This document shows positions 26,736 to 27,967 of a DNA stretch of 27,967 bases, one piece after another (position 1 is the first letter of the stretch; every line of letters begins with the position of its first letter). Location of the stretch: NCBI GenBank assembly GCA_025363815.1, contig JANYLB010000021.1:1-27967 (forward strand). Direction: 5' to 3'. The translations under genes were made by a program, and so were the position numbers. This DNA is from Actinomycetes bacterium (GTDB lineage: Bacteria; Actinomycetota; Acidimicrobiia; IMCC26256; JANYLB01). The notes under the pieces were generated by a model. The model was given only the letters and a program-made list of their open reading frames with translations, was not told where the DNA came from and searched no databases.

Positions 26736-27647
26736 ATGAACGATGCCACGGCCTCGGAGCTCGACGTCACCGTCGTCCTACCGGTGTACAACGAGAAGGG
26801 CCATCTGCGGGCCGAGATCGATCGGATTCGCGCCGCGCTCGAAGCATCTCCCTACTCGTACGAGATCGTGGTCGTCGACGACGGATCCGATGACGGCTCG
26901 GGCGAACAGCTCCAGGAGATCGACGGCATCCGCCTGATCCAGTTCACCCAGAACCGAGGTTCCGGATCGGCTCGTAAGGCGGGCACCCACGCGGCGCGGG
27001 GTCGGGTGGTCGTCTGGACCGATGCCGACATGACCTATCCCAATAACGAGATCCCCCAGATGGTGAAAGAGCTCGAGGGCTACGACCAAGTCGTCGGTGC
27101 CCGGACCTCGGAACAGGGGACCGCCAAGATCGCCCGGGTCCCGGCCAAGTGGTTCATCCGGAAGCTCGCGAGCTACCTCGTCGAGACCGACATCCCCGAC
27201 CTCAACTCGGGGTTGCGGGCGTTTCGCGCCGACGTGGCCCGCCAGTACCTGCACCTGCTCCCCAAAGGCTTCTCCTGCGTCACCACGATCACCATGGCCT
27301 TCCTCGCCAACGGCTACTCGGTGAAGTACGTGCCGATCGAGTATTCGCAACGAGCGGGGACGTCGAAGTTCCACTGGTGGAAGGACACCCGCCGATACCT
27401 CACGCAGGTCATTCGGCTCGTGCTCTCCTACAACCCGCTGCGGATTTTCATGCCGCTGGGCCTGTTGCTCGGATTTATCGGCCTCTCCAAGCTCGGCTAC
27501 GACTGGATCGTGCACGACTACCGACTCGCTGCGAACACGCTGCTGATTCTCTTCGCCGCGTTCCAGGTCTTCGCCATCGGTCTGCTCGCCGACCTGTTCG
27601 TGCGGCTTTCGAAACCCCGCGACGAGGTCGACCCGGCGTCAGTCTGA
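26736..27647 (+). CDS. GT2 polyprenyl-phosphate glycosyltransferase (Dpm1/GtrB-like) with C-terminal TM helices
   Basis: VVLPVYNEKGHL...YEIVVVDDGSDDGS...DADMTYPNNEI is the GT-A DxD core. Two C-terminal TM helices (IFMPLGLLLGFIGL, LLILFAAFQVFAIGLL) as in GtrB/DPM synthases. Confidence 0.9.
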   Translation: MNDATASELDVTVVLPVYNEKGHLRAEIDRIRAALEASPYSYEIVVVDDGSDDGSGEQLQEIDGIRLIQFTQNRGSGSARKAGTHAARGRVVVWTDADMTYPNNEIPQMVKELEGYDQVVGARTSEQGTAKIARVPAKWFIRKLASYLVETDIPDLNSGLRAFRADVARQYLHLLPKGFSCVTTITMAFLANGYSVKYVPIEYSQRAGTSKFHWWKDTRRYLTQVIRLVLSYNPLRIFMPLGLLLGFIGLSKLGYDWIVHDYRLAANTLLILFAAFQVFAIGLLADLFVRLSKPRDEVDPASV

Positions 27648-27731
27648 GCTCACGAGTCTCGGCCAAGCGCGTCAGGCGCCGGCGAGCATGGAGCAGAGCG
27701 CTTCGGCCCAAATCGCGGTCTAGCTCTTCGA

Positions 27732-27747
27732 CTCGAACCCGATCGAG
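27732..27747. repeat. 16-nt perfect direct repeat CTCGAACCCGATCGAG (second copy 27934..27949), each copy internally palindromic (CTCGA ... TCGAG)
   Basis: Read directly from the sequence. Copies are 202 nt apart. The second copy lies inside the putative 5' coding end at the window edge. Confidence 0.6.
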
Positions 27748-27886
27748 TCTCCGTAGTCGGTCTCGTCGCAGCTCGCGGCTGCCATGGTCCGTCTTGAGCG
27801 CGTTTTGCACAAGAGCGCTGGCGAACGGTAGCAAGGGGTCCGATGACCATCTTCGTGCCATCGAAGCGCCTCCCCCGGTCGTCGTC

Positions 27887-27967
27887 GTGATCGAAGCCGT
27901 GCCTACCGGGAACACCTACGACAAGTACGCGAGCTCGAACCCGATCGAGCGACGGATGATGGAGAAC
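27887..27967 (+). CDS. 5' end of a gene running off the window; possibly a SAM-dependent methyltransferase (tentative)
   Basis: Open frame from a GTG at 27887 or 27899 to the window end reads (V)IEAVPTGNTYDKYASSNPIERRMMEN with high GC3. Identity is guesswork from an N-terminal NxYDKY...NPxxRR pattern only. Confidence 0.3.
   Translation, partial: MIEAVPTGNTYDKYASSNPIERRMMEN

Overview
High-GC, actinobacterial-type chromosomal segment, read from codon usage and GC-rich third positions (not computed). Most of the window is conserved housekeeping loci. These are: a divergent ccr / acetoacetyl-CoA thiolase pair (ccr truncated by the window edge and apparently frameshifted); a metY-metX methionine operon; the ffs(SRP RNA)-dnaX-ybaB-recR block; two tRNA-Ser genes bracketing a PPOX/F420-type protein and tadA; metF next to a large flotillin/SPFH protein; an Nramp-like transporter with non-canonical metal-site motifs; and a gmd / GT39-like / GT2 glycosylation module. 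Between these sit several groups of poorly characterised genes. The main ones are three small membrane proteins (Pro-rich polytopic protein, DUF5684, DUF2752) beside a decayed DUF4190 paralogue; a Cys-rich small protein plus a lysozyme-like (SLT-motif) membrane-anchored protein; a PaaX-type regulator divergent from a membrane fatty-acid desaturase, with an AT-rich inverted repeat between them; an FrhB-family flavo-FeS protein with a small alpha/beta partner; and the actinobacteria-specific trio of SCO1664-family kinase-like protein, DUF3090 and MSMEG_4193-family phosphomutase, with a divergent DUF3151 gene. No CRISPR array, integrase or transposase was seen. The many long, Arg/Pro/Ser-rich ORFs in the track that overlap these genes on the other strand are treated as GC-driven artefacts.
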